DNA of 55,768 nucleotides, filler included, from Bipalium vagum (GCA_037834085.1; 3 parts of 3 records of this genome joined end to end with filler, not necessarily neighbours in it); one strand, 5' to 3'. Shown: positions 23,289 through 38,364, counted from the whole stretch's first letter. The notes: a model not told the origin generated them from the sequence alone. Numbers and translations: made by a program.

Positions 23289-24113
23289 CGGATTCAAATT
23301 GTGACAACTCCGAAACATTAATTTAAACCAGAGAAGTTTTCCAACATTATCATGCAGATGGGTGTTCAAAGGCATAAACCAGACGGGGGTGATAAGTCCA
23401 CAAAATACAGCGTTGAGACATAGAGTCGCTATAATGGAATGGATCTGATGCCACAAATGTTTAATATCCAGATGATGGGTTATGATAAATTGGATTAAAA
23501 TCAATATATACAAGAGAAAGGCTGAATAAATTGGTAGAAATATAAAAAACAATTTTCGGAAGTAGCCAACAAAACCGGAAGTGTCTTCAATCATACAATC
23601 ACCAACGAAGTTGTTAAGAGAATAAACAAACAGCGAATTTGTGCCGCTGCTGTAAAACAACAAAGGCCACATGAACGAAAGGAAAAATTGAAAGAAGAGA
23701 ATGATTCTGTTTATCAAGTGACTTCTGAAAACGACCGGAAACAGAATGGCCGCACAACGTGACAAGGCACAAAGAAGTTGGGAAATATTAGCCATGGAGA
23801 ACAGGGTGGCATAGGTGATAAATTCGAATTGGCAAAAGGCATCGTTGCCAATCAAAATGTTTTTGGAAACGTAGAAATAGTTTTGGATACTTCTCAGAGT
23901 ACTAAAAATCAAAGAAATCAACAGGTCGGAAATGAAAACTTGAAACAGAATTTGGTAAGTCGGTTTGTGACGCAAGACATCGTTGTTCATGAGAATGAAA
24001 ACGCAAGTAGCATTGAAGACTATCCCGATGACATTGAGCAGTATTGATACGACGAACCACAGATTTATCAAGTCGTAAGAAATGAGGGTTCCGTTATTAG
24101 TTGAAGTATTCAT
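23289..24113 (-). CDS. Class A (rhodopsin-like) GPCR, orphan/chemoreceptor-like; large first exon, terminal exon not located
   Basis: N-glycosylation sites (NTS, NGT), about seven hydrophobic segments, GIVFN (TM1), ISDLL (TM2), FCQF (TM3 Cys), ALSRCAAILFP (DRY position), an ECL2 Cys and TM7 NLNP followed by a phase-0 donor GTGATT. The ORF-track tail to 23211 is probably intron read-through. Confidence 0.85.
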
Positions 24114-24384
24114 ATTTGTTGAAGAATGAGAAAAAAGCGAAAAATAAAATAAATATATATACGGACAGTTTATGGGAATTTATCTTTTTTACGATTGGCC
24201 AATTTTTAATAAATATTATTAATTTTTCTAAGCGTTTAAGAAGAAGATCGCTAGAGAGGACGGGTAATTAATTGACAAATTGTCTTACTTAACTCGAATG
24301 TACTTTAACGTTCGATTTTTTTGTCCATATTAAGTAAGAAAATCATGATTATATCTCCTTTTCCACAATTATCAAAAATATTCC

Positions 24385-24564
24385 ATGAGATTGGTAATAA
24401 AAAATTATTATTTAAAGACAATAATATTTTACACAATGTACTTGTGTGTCTTAAATAATGATGTTGTTTATTTAGGCACCTTTTATTGTGTAAAAAATGT
24501 TAAAATACTTTCACCTTTGTCTCAAAAATAAAATGATTTTTATTGTTTTTATTACCAATCTCAT
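24385..24564. mobile_element. 180-bp foldback/MITE-like element
   Basis: Perfect 19-bp terminal inverted repeat ATGAGATTGGTAATAAAAA / TTTTTATTACCAATCTCAT, with inner arms TTTTACACAAT/ATTGTGTAAAA and TGTCTTAAATAA/TTATTTAGGCA. Confidence 0.7.
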
Positions 24565-24649
24565 CTTCCGTTGAATATATCAGGTTCGTAAGAAAATAAT
24601 TGCTTTTTTAACCGACAAATGTCGCTTTACTAACATTCTCAGAAGACAA

Positions 24650-24990
24650 GAAAGTGTTTTGTTCAAAATATGATCTTAGGCAAGCAACTGACTTTTTGCT
24701 AAGAAGAAATAGGTTTATTTAGTCAATTGATGTAGAAGTCCGGTCTTCTGGAACAAGTAAAATCATGGAAGGTATTCTGAACAGCATTGTTGTTGTGGAA
24801 GATTTTCTCTTGCAGATGGTGGGAAAGATGATTAAAACACAATAGTCAGTAGGCAAGAAATCCAGTGAGTATGGCGAATGAAGCAGATTTCCATATGCAA
24901 GATCATTCAGCTTCTGTGGGGAGTGCTTTGCAAATTGTGGCCGGTCATTGCAGTCAAGAATTATTAATAGATGATTTCTATTGACTAATC
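24650..24990 (-). mobile_element. Mariner transposase C-terminal remnant
   Basis: IILDCNDRPQFAK..QKLNDL...LLHSPYSLDFLPTDY, degenerate forms of HDNARPH and HPPYSPDLAPTDY. Confidence 0.7.
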
Positions 24991-25538
24991 CCAGGTATAG
25001 TGTAAGTGTATCTGCTCTTTTATCATTGATAAAATAATTTAGTTTTTATTGATCAATTCCCGATATTTATTTGATAGAATGTTACACATTATCAAAAAGA
25101 TACGCAGATGTATCATAGGATGCGTGAGGAAAAAAAGCCTTAGAGATATATTGAGGAGTCAAAGAATAGGGCATAGGCTTCGATGATCAGATTTTCATTT
25201 GTAAAACTAAAAAATGACTCTGAGAATTTTTTCATCCAGATCAAAGGTTGAGTTTGTTTTAAAAGGGTTAACTGCAAAGAATGATTAAATTTCTGAAGCA
25301 AGGCAGAAATACTCGAGTATCAAATAAATTTAAAGCGTTGAACTGAAGATGAAAAAGGTGTGAATAGAATTTCTTTTTGCTAAGCTCTAATGCAAAAATT
25401 GGTGGAGTGGTAAATTAAATAAATTAAATAAAAATAATTAAAAATATTAAAAACAAACTATAAATATCTATGGCATGAAATAATTGTTTTTAATGAAGAA
25501 TAAAAATCTAAGAATTAAATATTTTAATATTTGAATTC

Positions 25539-25540
<2 letters not shown>

Positions 25541-25606
<66 letters not shown>
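25541..25606. repeat. (AAT)n immediately followed by (TAT)n, a self-complementary microsatellite
   Basis: About 16 AAT units then about 6 TAT units. Confidence 0.9.
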
Positions 25607-25607
<1 letters not shown>

Positions 25608-26739
25608 ATATAAACATCGTTTAAAAGCTCATTATTATTTATTTGGATTTCCGCTACCTTAACTATACTTAAGCAAATTTGAATGATGATTTTTATGATT
25701 AATGATTTTATTTATTTTCACTAACCTTGCCATTGTGCACTTTTTTTAGAAAAAATTAAAAATAAATACATTAATATTTAATGAACTCTATATTTAAGAC
25801 ATTAAGTAGAATATCTTAATTTTGTTTTAATTCTTCAAAACAAATTATTGTCACTATTATCCAGAAACCCGGGAATTGTTTCACCAAACAGATTTACTTT
25901 TGTTTGGTCAAGTAAACTTTATTGTTTCATAATTATTTTGATCTATGAGAATTTAATTAATATAAAATTGTCTGACCGTAACGAAAATAATGAATCTTAA
26001 TTAACAATGACTTGGAAATGACTTACCACATCAATTTACTTTTCTCGTTAATTAAATAAATTTAAGGGCTTATTTACGAATACTAAAACAAATGTAATTA
26101 TTTTTGTGATTATTTGATCAATGATATTTTTTAGGATTTTTAAAAAAATCTTTTCCATTACAAAAAGTATGGTAAAAGAATTTTCAATTATTTCAGTGGT
26201 TTTGAACAATGGATTTTATCGAATTAATTTTCTTTGCTACGAAAATAAAAATATTATTGAGAATAAAATATAATTAAAAAATAATTGACAATAGGTCATA
26301 TAGGGAATCAATTAGAATTAAGAATTTATCACTATCAGGTTGAGGGAAACGTTGTGTCGCTTTTCTATATGCAAGCCTTAAAGCAAAAATAAGATTCAAT
26401 TAATATTTTTATAATTATTATTTATAATATTTTGTCCCACGCTTGGTAAATATTGCGTACAACGATCGATATATTTCTCTTTTATATAAATTCTTGTTAG
26501 ACATGTTAGAATTTGCACCGTTGTCATTGTTTCTTTTATCGAGTTCTACATTATCTAAACAAACCTAAAATAATAAAATATGGTATTATTTCAATGAAGG
26601 TTTACCTATCATAATATAAAAAATCAATAATTTTAATTATTATTAATAATGATAAAATAATAAGCATAATGGCAATATACTAATAATAATATTATTATTA
26701 TAGTTTATATATTGGATATTGACCTATCAGTTTATCATT

Positions 26740-27480
26740 AATAGTGGGTTAAAGATATTTATTTTCACATTTTAATAATATATTTAAATCAACAAAGTAA
26801 AACGTTTTTTGAATGACAATCAATGATATATTCTCCATCGAACTGAAAAACTTTTGCCGCTGTGATAAAATTCAGGTTTTTTGAGTAAAAAAGGTACAGA
26901 TGGGTTTTTTATTTTGAAACTCCTGCCCATTCAAATAATTTTGAAGAAATCGAAACAAACAATAATCCGATGGAGCGATGTTAGGAAAATATGGTAGATG
27001 TGCTATGATCTCATATCTAGGTATATGTATCTTTCCTGAGTCAATCGAGCAGTATATAGTCTTGTATTGTTATGTGGCAGTATCTAGTTATTAATCGAAC
27101 AAGAAATGAACCAGTTTAAAATCGGGAGAAAAAAATCAGCATAAAAGGTAGTTCTTTGAATTCTATTCTTGTTTGTCAATTTGTATGAAACTCAAACATC
27201 GAGTTTACTGATTTTTTCAATTATTTTTAAAGGATTTCAAATGGTTTTCGGTACTACATGTCCCGGTAAGGTGATATGTGATTTGTCGGGAATTTGATTC
27301 GATGTTTTCTAGCAGCATGTTATCATCCCAATCTTGGTTGTTTCTCAAAATCAAAATTACCTTATGAAATCTTTTTAAACGAATTTTAGCATTGATGCAA
27401 GTAAAAATTCTTGGTCACAACAGTTGCAGTGAAACCTTTCTTAAACTGAGAGAGTATGTATTGCAGAATACACACCTTTG
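26740..27480 (-). mobile_element. Decayed mariner element
   Basis: N-terminal FKRF...EKQPRLG..DDNMLLENIESNSRQ, then ILPHNNTRLYTA and AHLPYFPNIAPSDYCLFRFLQNYLNGQEF. Confidence 0.75.
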
Positions 27481-27899
27481 CAAAATCCATAATTTTAGAC
27501 TAGAAACTTTAAAGTTATTAGAGTAAATTTACTTAATATTTTTAGATCAATACCTTGATAAATTCAAATAATTGCAAACTACTTATTAATTAAACAAGCT
27601 TAATCAAATACAATATTAAAATACGCAATTACTCATTCCTTAACCTGACATTTTATTAATTTACCACATTGAAACTAAGTAATATTTATTTAATTTTGCA
27701 TTTATATTTAATAATAATATTACCAATTTTTAATTGTTGTATAAATATAAATAAAATTTCATAAAGTTTTTAACATAATATCATAAAACGTAAATAAAGG
27801 AAAAGAATAAAGAATTATGATATAAAATAGTTCATGGACAATTAAGTTCACAATATCAAGTTAAAAGCATTTAAACTTATAACATTAATAGTCTCAAGA

Positions 27900-28520
27900 C
27901 ATAATTGCCCATTTATAAGTCTGTTTTCGAATATAAAAGGTTATATTATAAAGGCAGTTTTTGAAGATAGAGACTTTATTAATTGTTCAAATGGAAATGT
28001 TGATGAAAGTATTCTTAATAATCAGATAAACAAGAGCTGCAAATGCGTCCTCAGTGTTGTTAAGAACTTCAATAAAAGTTGCCAATTCAATAACAGCAGG
28101 ATCCACTTTATGCAATACATTTTTCTCATTGAGATAAAAATGATATTTGCCATATAATACAATAGCAAGAGTTCTTGATGTGACAAAAATGCAAAGATCA
28201 ATTTATTGATCTTTAAATATTTTGATTCGAGAGAATCTGTTAAGATCTTTGATAAAGTAAGATGACAAAAGCAAGGTTTCTTTTCTTGATCCGACCAGGT
28301 TTTTTTTTGTCATCCTTTAGAAATGTAGAAATAGTTCGTCGTTTAGAAGCATAAGACCTTTCGTGTAGAATAATTCTGGATATATATTGATATATTTTTA
28401 ATGGATCTCAAGATGGTTCTTGGAATCATCTTTCTCCTATAAATGTTTCACCGGGAAATCGAAATATACAGTGTATATAACGTTGTGCAACGTATCTTTA
28501 ATCAACGAAGATATATCTTG
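27900..28520 (-). mobile_element. Possible heavily decayed LINE reverse transcriptase fragment
   Basis: Weak, correctly ordered echoes of V.lDF.KAF (VYFDF) and LYADD (VLYGK); many disablements. Confidence 0.3.
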
Positions 28521-29529
28521 AGAGTCTCGAAAAATTTGAAAATTGTAAAATAAATTAACTTATAAGAAGCCAAAAATAATCCAATGTCAGCCATGAAGAA
28601 TTATATTGATTATTAAATATTTATTTTATTTTATTAATCAAGAAATCTCCAATCAAACCTTAATGGGAATGTTCATAAAACAGAGTGATTTATTTGCAAA
28701 TGAAAACCATGAATTTGAAAGCTATAAGTGGAACAAAAAGATTATTATATAATTATTAACGGAATAAATTCTTCACTGATTGGAGCAATATAAAAATTAA
28801 TTTAAATAAATTGATTGAAAAAGGATTTTGTGTAATCCTCCAATAAATTATTGAACTTTTTATTTTACTTGACAGATTAATTATGAATTTCTTATAAATA
28901 TTATTTAGATATTTTATAAATTTTCGAATCTTTTAATTTCTTAGGAAAGTTACGATAATTTCTACTTTTTTGAAAAATTATTGATTTTATTATTTTAAAA
29001 AATAAATTAAAAAAATTAAATGCATTTTATAAATAATTCATAAAATGTATGATATATAAATCTTAATAATTGCAAAAATTTTTTATCAAAATAAATCAAA
29101 AAAGTGAAAATCAACGAATTAATTAAACAGGTGAAGAATTAATGTATTTGTTCTTAGAAAATATTTAATACTTAAAATAATTAGCAGCAATCATTTTAAT
29201 GTGACAGAATTTTATTAATAATATTAATATTAATAATAATATTATTATTATACAAATTTCAGAAAGTTAAATGTTAAAATTAATTTATAAGCCCCACAGA
29301 AGATTCAAAATTTCGTTGTGAATCTTCTTCCACATAATTGATTCTATAAATGATATGAAATAAACGAAGCTGTTTGGGTTTAGCGAAAATTAATAACAAT
29401 AATTAATAATACCTATTTTGTGGGTGTGAGAAACATAATAATTATAAAAATAAAAAGAATTTTAACAATATTTATCCTAATGTAGGAGAGGGGGCTCAAA
29501 AAATTGCGTTTTAAAACATATTTATACCA

Positions 29530-29890
29530 GAAATCATGTGAGATTTTATGACCAATATTCAAATATTCACTATGAAACAAAACGATGTTGTTCAGTTCAT
29601 CTCTCAATTGGTTCAATCCACAAATTTGCTTGTATGTTGCTAGTCCAAAGAATTGTACTAGGCACATTTTTAATTGATTTTAATGTTTTTATTCTTCTGT
29701 TTCACTCTAAATTTTCGAATGTGAAACTATTCATAAAGAGCATTAAGAATAAGATTTCAGAAGACCAAGATGGTTGTGGGATACGTCGGATTGAATTTTT
29801 TTCCAAAAAAGAATTGATAAAATTAGTTATACGAGAGAGCGAGCGTTGGCATATAGTCTTTGTCTTTCAGATTATCTAATCCACACAAGA
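29530..29890 (-). mobile_element. Mariner C-terminal remnant
   Basis: LEKNSIRRIPQPSWSSE...LVQFFG...GLNQLR...HSEYL, a degenerate PHPPYSPD...GI..L..RW...GEY tail. Confidence 0.5.
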
Positions 29891-32800
29891 TATAATGAAA
29901 CTGTAATTTTTTAATGCTTTGTTATTATTCAGTGATTATATATAAAATATATTTAATAGTATAAAATGATTTTACATAAAATATAAATGAGTCATTAAAA
30001 ATGTTTTTTAGATCACCCTTATAATACTAAAATACAATTTTTTTATTTCTTAGGCTCAGAAATTAACTTTTTCAAACTCGGAAAAGATTCATTTTGAGTG
30101 CATCATTTAAATTTGATCAATAAACAGAGTATAAAGCCGCTATGATACTCAATATCGAGAAACAATCATTTTAAAAATTCAATTGTATGCTGAAACAAAC
30201 AAACAGAAATAACTAAGACAACCGCACACGTCAATTAAAACAAACATGTCCATGTTATTGGTCAGTATATCTCAATTTATTACCAGGTGAGTTTGAATCC
30301 TTAAACTTCAAATATTCCTAAGATATAATAAATGATAAAGATCTTCAAATTTTTACAAAAGAATCACAGAAGTCACTCGAACAATTTTACTTATTAATGA
30401 GAATAAAAGTCAAAAGAAAAATAATAAAAACCTTCGAATTTTTTCGAATTAAAGTAATATTTAATCAATACGTTGCAGCTCTGCAAGCAGAAGTATGAAA
30501 AAAGGATATTGTGAACTGCATCTGCATTTATCGAACTCTTCCTTTCTCTTTCTCAAAGTTGTAATGAATATACTCAGCCTCAACAACAGCAACAGATTTT
30601 GTAGTTCACACATATTATCAATATTATTATATAAATAAGTAAATATTTGTACTATTAAAGATAATAATGCACTAGATTAATTTATGTTTAAATGTATAAA
30701 AAGGATACTTCATTATCTTTATATACCCTATTTAATCTATCTCTAACCACTTACATTAATATTAAAAAAGGTTATTTGAAAATTAATTATTATTTTTATG
30801 TAAAAATTCTATAGGAAATTAGTCTTGTGAAAAGACTTCATTTTATGCACTAAATAAACATTATATATTTACACAATTGATTCTTACTATCTATTGATTT
30901 TTCTTTAACGTAGTGTGACAGACTGAAAATTTAGAAAAATCGCGAAAAATAATATATCAGGTCGTCCCTTATGAAAAGAGGGATTTCAGTTTTATTATTT
31001 CAAAGATTCGGTAATCAATCAATTTTATAATATAATATTCCCTTGATTTAATGTAGGTTTTTACCTTATCAATAAATGTAAACAATGTTTAGTGTTGATA
31101 TTTAAACAATTTTAATTGGAAATAGAATTTCGAATTGCACACCTTTAAAAGTCATTTGTAAATAAATGTTTTATACCTCATCTCAATCTCTTGTTTATTC
31201 TATTCAAAGTCTTCTTCATATGTGATTTTCTGCATTCACGTTAATCATTTTTAACGAATACTTCAATTAAGACCACTCTTAAGTTTCCGGAAGCCCCAAC
31301 TTATCAAACTATTCCTTAAATTTAGAAAGACGTTTTTTAACATTTGTGTTTCTTGGAAAAACCCCCAGGAATTTTTGATACTGATCAGTGTGCTAGCAGC
31401 TACTTCTAAGAAGTCAGATATTAGATGAAATGTTTTCTAAACTCCTTTATTTTCTTTTTTTAAATTTAAATTTCATGTTTTAAAATATTATATTCCATTG
31501 TAAGATATTTCAAATGTATTTATTTGCTAAATTGAAATACTTTTACAAACATTCTCATATATAATCGAAGCAGCTTAACGTCTCTTAACCCTATTAGAAT
31601 TAGTCTGGTTTCTGAATTTTGAGATCTCTTTTAGTAAAATCGCGGATTGAATTAAAATTTTTAGATCAAAGCATGGCCAATGAAGATCATATGAAACCAG
31701 AATCATCAGTAAGACAATCCAAATCTGATCAAGAAACACCCCTTCACAAACTCACAATAAAGTAAAGAACAGGTTTTGCTAAGATTTTTTATATTAGATA
31801 AATTTTTTTGTAACAGATAAATTGGATTTTTTCAAATTGCTCAATAATTGAATTTCAAGTAACCTCAAAGGAAAGAAAAAAATTCAACATCAAAAAATCC
31901 AAATCTTCTCGTCTTTGAATGAATGAAATATTCTTTTATTGCTTTTGTAAGGATTAGATTTAAATTAATATTAAAAACTAAAGTTTATAAATTTTAATGT
32001 AATGAACTAAACATAATCGTGAACTAAAAGTTAAATAAATTTAATCAAATCGATCTTAAAGATAATTAAATAAATATTAAAAATAACGATATCTAAAATC
32101 AATAATTAATTAATCTTATAATTAAAATTAAATTATTTATGTTTAAATATTAAATAAGGATAAGGCACTTTTCAATTACTCAATTATTTTCATAAAAAAT
32201 ATTACATTAAACTTTGACCTAATGAATTCAAACAATACTGATATTGTGACAGTTACTAGAAGCATTATCGTCTGGAATGTAAAAGATGCCGTTCCACGAT
32301 CCCGAGTTTCTGTTGTTTGTTGAATGATGAAAAATCTCTATGGTAAGTAATAAACAAAAAAGCGGTGGAGATCATTACATGGTAGTGAACTAATGATCTT
32401 TTCTATGACTTTTTTACATGTCAAGCAAACCATTTAAGGAAAAAAATTTCATCCGAATTCCTATGGAAAACAGCTTGTATACATCACACAGCAGAGATAC
32501 CTTTTTATAACAGTACACAATGGTAAGTTTTACTAATGATGATGTGAAAGCTCAAAGATTTTAAATATGATTTTTTCTCAATTTTTAAACTTATTCAATT
32601 CAAATACCGTTGAAAACTCTTTCAAAGACCACCTCTTCAAGATATTAATAATGATAAGGGATTTTCAAATTAATCTTCCAGGTAAGACGAAAGACATTTG
32701 GAACTTAATTTTAAAATAAAAACTTACAACTTGTAAAATAAAAAAGGAAATTGATTGATTATCAATTGATTATCAAAGAAATGAAAATAAAAATATTTAA

Positions 32801-35399
32801 TAAATTAGATTTCTTTATTATTTTTCCTATCTTTATATTATTGGTTTTTATATAAACATAAGAAAATGTTTGAACGATGGTTTCATATTGAACAAGTTTT
32901 ACTGTATGCTTGACAAATTTATCTGTTTACTCCTCTTGACTTGTTAGAGGGTTTTAAAAATAAATTAGCCTTTTTAAATTGACAAAAGAAATCTGTGGGT
33001 CTCCTATGCCTTAGGTTACAAATATATAATATCATATGAATATATATTTTATCTGAATAGAAAGAGTTTATAACAGATATACTGTTATTCTTATATTCAT
33101 TTATTTCTTTTATATTCCAATTTTAGTTTTCAATTAGAATCACATCCATACAATTTTCAGATAAAAATCATTAATTATTTCTCTAGAGATTGGTAATGAA
33201 TCTCTTAGTCCTTCTATCTTTACCATTATCTGTGAATTTTCAATATTTCATACTACTAATCAGCTGAAGATGAAGTATATTAATTTCCAAGCGTAGAAAT
33301 AAATAAAAATCCTTTTTGCGATGCCAATTTTTTTACCTTGGAGAACATGTTTCAGTTTTCCTTAAATTAATTTCTGGAAACCAGCGAAAATTTATCTAAT
33401 AGAAAAGAATGTTAAACTTTTCATTATGTCGATCAAAGTGCCATGTATCCAAAAAGTGTGGAAAATTTTAAATTTGATAGCAGACATGTTTAACTACACA
33501 AAAACATTTAATGTTACAGTGCCAGTAAAAGTAGACAAGTCTGACAATATTGCTTCAGTGAGTTTGAAGAATTCAAAGTCTATCAAAATTGATTGACACT
33601 ACAAAACTTTTATCGTCTTTAAGGAATGCAAGATTGGCTTTAAGAAAGATTTTCAAATTGTACGTGAATCTTTTGACTTATTTTCCCGTTTAAATATCAT
33701 AAATCATTCATTTTACTTCCTTGCTTGGTATTCTGCAAAATGTATTCCTTTAAATCAAGGTTTATCGGATATCACACTCCAATTATTTCTTTTTCCTCAA
33801 TTTCAACATAAAAAAAATCTAAAAAAGAAAAGTATTATGGTACTATTTCCGGTGGTTTAACTGGTTTCTTGAAACTTGCTGATACGTGTTGGTTTAGAGA
33901 TAATGACGAAATGGCTTTAAGAAAGTTTTGATTTATTAAGCCCGGAGCAAATCAAAAAAGGTTTTAAGCTTTTCCAAATAAAACCAAATAAAACCAAATA
34001 AATCCAAATCCAATATTAGGAGTAATTTTTCATGAAAAGTCATCTTACCTAACCATTTAACTGATGGAATTCAATGTTTAACTGTTAGCCCTGAATCGAT
34101 TTTACGGAAATAGAGCATGAATGATGTATTTATGGTTAATAAAGCTATTGTTGAGAAATCTTACTTTTATAATGTTTTTATAATTACTTGAATATGAAGA
34201 ATAATTACTTAAGGGGGATGGGGCTGCATTATTAAAATCTCGAAAAATTGCCTGTCTTTATTAAAGAAGAGGTATTATTTCAGGTTTCAGAGTATATAAA
34301 ATTTTAAAAATCGACTAATATCAAAGTGCTTATTTAAGAACAAGAGAGTGTAATATAAATCTATCAAAAATTGCCTTTTAGTCCCGTTTTTTAACCAATT
34401 TTTTTCATATGATTTAATAAGAAATGAAATTATTCAATAATTATATTTATATGACTGTTACTAAATTGCTTATGGATAATCTGGTAGAAAATCGATTTAC
34501 AAAGAAATATTATTATTTATTTATATTCTGCTCTTTTTGCCGGATGTTTGAGATACTTTTCTAGCTATAATTTTATTGTACTTTATCTTCTCACTAATCT
34601 ACCTTAAAATTATGCAGAGCTCAAACTCACTCAATCATGGAATAGGAAATGTTTTAATCATACTATGATTCCAATTTTAATTTCTCCAATTATTTATTTT
34701 AAATTATTTTGTTCAAATCGATAACAATTACTTTTATTATTTATTTCATGTTTACAAAGCTCCTTAAAAATTATTTATAAATATATATAATTTATATTTT
34801 CAATAAAAATATATATTAGGACTTATTAATATTAAGACTGCAACTCGAACTGTCACTATTAATAAATTGTCTTCGGAGGACAATTAAAAACTAAACTAAT
34901 TGATCTTTAAAACCACTTTTTCTTATTTGATCAATATATATCGCCGTGATTTTAAAGAAACATAATATCATTTAATACTACATACTCAAACATTATTCCA
35001 GAGTCTGTTGGGAATTCTCAGGCATGTGTGAAGAACACCTTTGATAAAATAAACATTTAATCCCACCAGATTAAGTGTTTCAGTCGACTGATTTAAAGAA
35101 ATTATTATTTAACTGTTTTTTTATGTTTGGTACTAGAAAACTGAAAAAGGAAAATAATTTGTGGAAATATTTAAAAAAATTCTTTTCCAATCCTTTTATG
35201 TAGATTTTTTACATTTTTTCTGGATAAGTAATGGTAAAAAAAATCTAAGACACTTAACATTTTTACTGTGATTTTGATTACTTTTCCGCAGTCCTTGTAA
35301 TTCTTGAGTTTGAGAAATATAGTCCATTCGTTTGTTTACTCTAACATTTGTTCTTCTTTTTTTTCGACAACGCAAACAATTGAATTAGAGTAATAACCA

Positions 35400-35582
35400 T
35401 ATCCCCATCTGGAGCTGAAGTTGAGGAGGCTTGTAAAAAGTTTATCGAATCAAAATAAAGAAATTGGTACTTTGACTAGATAAGAATGCTAATAGCTGAT
35501 GAACGTTATTTTGAAGAGTAGTGTTATTTTTGAAAATAAATAAATATATAATTTTGAGCAGAAACTTTTGCATCACCCTCTA
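35400..35582 (+). mobile_element. Mariner 3' end with right TIR
   Basis: EVEEACKKFIESK*RNWYFD...DERYFEE* followed by ACTTTTGCATCACCCTC|TA. Confidence 0.55.
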
Positions 35583-38364
35583 CTATTTAACTTATTAACT
35601 GTAACTCATTTTTCAAATAATAGTGCCAATTTCAATGTAAATTAAAATATTTAAACAAAACTTACTTCTTTCAATTATTTTTTTTTGTTATTATAACGAT
35701 TTCGGCAAAATAATTTTTGATGTGATTCCTTTATAACAAAATTTTATAATAAGAAATACAAAAAAAAAATAGAAAAACATTTAGGTAAAGTACTTAAGTC
35801 AGGCATATTTTAAAGAAGTGGTACAATATCCCTGGATTAGGTAATAAAAAATTAGATAAATGAGAGGTAACAATTTCTACGAAATTTTAACTTTTAGATT
35901 TCTTGTACCATTACCTGATCAATAAAAAAGTAAAAAGAAAAAATGATTTTTTTAAAAAAATTATCTGCGCAACAATATATTATCTGTGACAGACTTCTAA
36001 TACCATTAGGTAACCAAACACAAAAAAATCAGTGAGGTTAAGTGTAGTTTTTCCTGCAGATGTTCACAATTTTTATAATCCATCTTAAATATGTTTATCA
36101 TGGAAAATATATTTACAAATATTGGAAAAAAAGTTAAGAATTTTAATTATCAACATAGTTTTACAATAATCTATAAGTAAATCTATTTATGCACCATGTC
36201 GCACACATAATATTATTTATTATTATTAATATTCAATAAACGTCTTAAAATTAATGAACAATGTTTTTAATACTTTGATTATATTTTCCTTTCTAATTCG
36301 GAAGATAAATTTAAAGACGTAACAGTCTAAAAAACTAGATAAGGAATTATCAATGCTTATAATTATTTGGTTATAATTAATTATCTTACGTCTTAATAAA
36401 AGACACGAATAATAATAATAATAATAATAATATTTAAGAGAAAATTTCTTTAAAATATACAACATTTATAATACATATTACTCTTCGTTAGAACAGAGTA
36501 ATTATTTAATAAAGAAAAGTTTGAGACAAAGTTAGATAAAAATAATATTTTCTTATTTTTCTGTTATATATTTATCAATCTATTTTCTTTTCATTTACTT
36601 TTTTGATATTTATTTACTAAAATAAATATTAATAATATGAATATAATATAATAATATAAAATAATGAATATAAATAAATAATTATTTATTAATATTCACA
36701 ACAAAATATATTAAAAAAAACTTTATAATAAAATTATGAATTCATATATTATTTATTAATTAAAACAAAATGTATTTATTTGATTTATTAAACCTTGAAT
36801 ATCATCTCTCTAAGTATTTCAAGCCCTTAACGTCGATTTTTTAATATAGAAATAGAAAATTTAAAGATTATGAATTTTTTTTAAGCTTAAAAACCGAAAT
36901 TAAACCTGGAGAAAAGTGACTGGAGAAAAGTATTGCTTGAATATTGGCTTATAAAATATTAAGGTCTTAGATAATCATTTAAATCATTCTCCAAAAATAA
37001 TTTGGATGTATCACAAAACATAAATAATAAATACAGGGAGCGGCAAAGTCCCACTACCATTTGTTTTCTGAAGAACTTTTAAAATATAAAAGATAAATGA
37101 AAATTTTTAAAAACAAAATTTTGCGCTATTCCTTGAGTTCAGTTAACTTAAGCGCTTTTGAAAATATCAAGGTCGTTCATTTAAAAATTGATTAAAATAT
37201 TTTGTTTTATTGGTTTCTCTTCATTTTATCGAATGATTATTATTAGTTTTAAATTGTTAATTTCCCTGCTTTTTTAGAAAAAGATTTCAAAACCACGAAT
37301 TATTATTATACTACTACACAAAGAGTTAAGAATCGTCTTATTATTTCTGGAAAATTATCGCTCCATCATAGAAATTATATTTATAAATAAAAAATAATTA
37401 AATATTAATTAAATTTTTAAAAATTTTATAATGAGAAAAACTTATTAATAATGATAATAATAGTATAGTAATAATAATATACAAATATTTATTATTAATA
37501 ATAATAAACCATACGATTTTTTCCCAGTTTATTAATATAAAAAAATTATAAAATCTTGATAATAATTAGCAATATTATAATATTTAAAAATAAAAAAATA
37601 AAAAAATCATAGTTATATTTCTGAGCTGTCATTTGTACTAATAATAAGATAAGACGAAAATTTAAATAATAGAGTTTTGGAATTCCGATTATTCAAACAA
37701 GCTTTTCAAAAATGGAGCTCATCTTTTTTATTATGTAAATTATTTAATATTCAAAAATTTATCAACGAATGTTGATATTATGGCCTTTTATTTACAATTT
37801 TTACATTAAAATGTTAACTAAAAATATCTAATGACCATCAAGAACCGTATCTTATAAAAATTTCAATAATTTCTAAAAACTTTAAATTATACAAATTAAA
37901 TAATCGTTAATTTAGGTGTGAGGTCCTTATTTAAAAAACTCACCGAAACCAATTGGTCGAACAGCCCCTTATGATTATAATAATTAAGAATAAATAATTG
38001 ACAATATTATATTTCATGTATAAATATTATCGTTACAAAAACCTTATTGAGAACCAGAGGGGATGGACACCCAATCAGAGAAACTTTCCATGAATAGAAA
38101 AATGGTTCAAAGTAATAATGATAACAATTAATAAAAACTATAAATAACTGTAAAAAAATAAAAAAAAGGAACACGACAGTAAAAATTAAAATAATTTATT
38201 TTACGAAATACATCATAAGCAATATTATATATTTCAAGTACTCATTGTTTTCCAGACCCTTACATTAACATTGAAACAGGTCTAGACAATGCTGCCTTTG
38301 TTCAAATCATTTTTTGATATTTCTTTAACAGAAGAAAATGCAATCCCTCCACACTTTCCATGTT

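Noticed and set aside
31180-33800. Possible further decayed transposase fragments (mariner-like ~31180-31440, Tc1-like ~32230-32520, MULE-like IDFE ~33200-33800)
   Set aside because: Single weak motifs each and no termini; probably old transposon debris but not assignable by eye.
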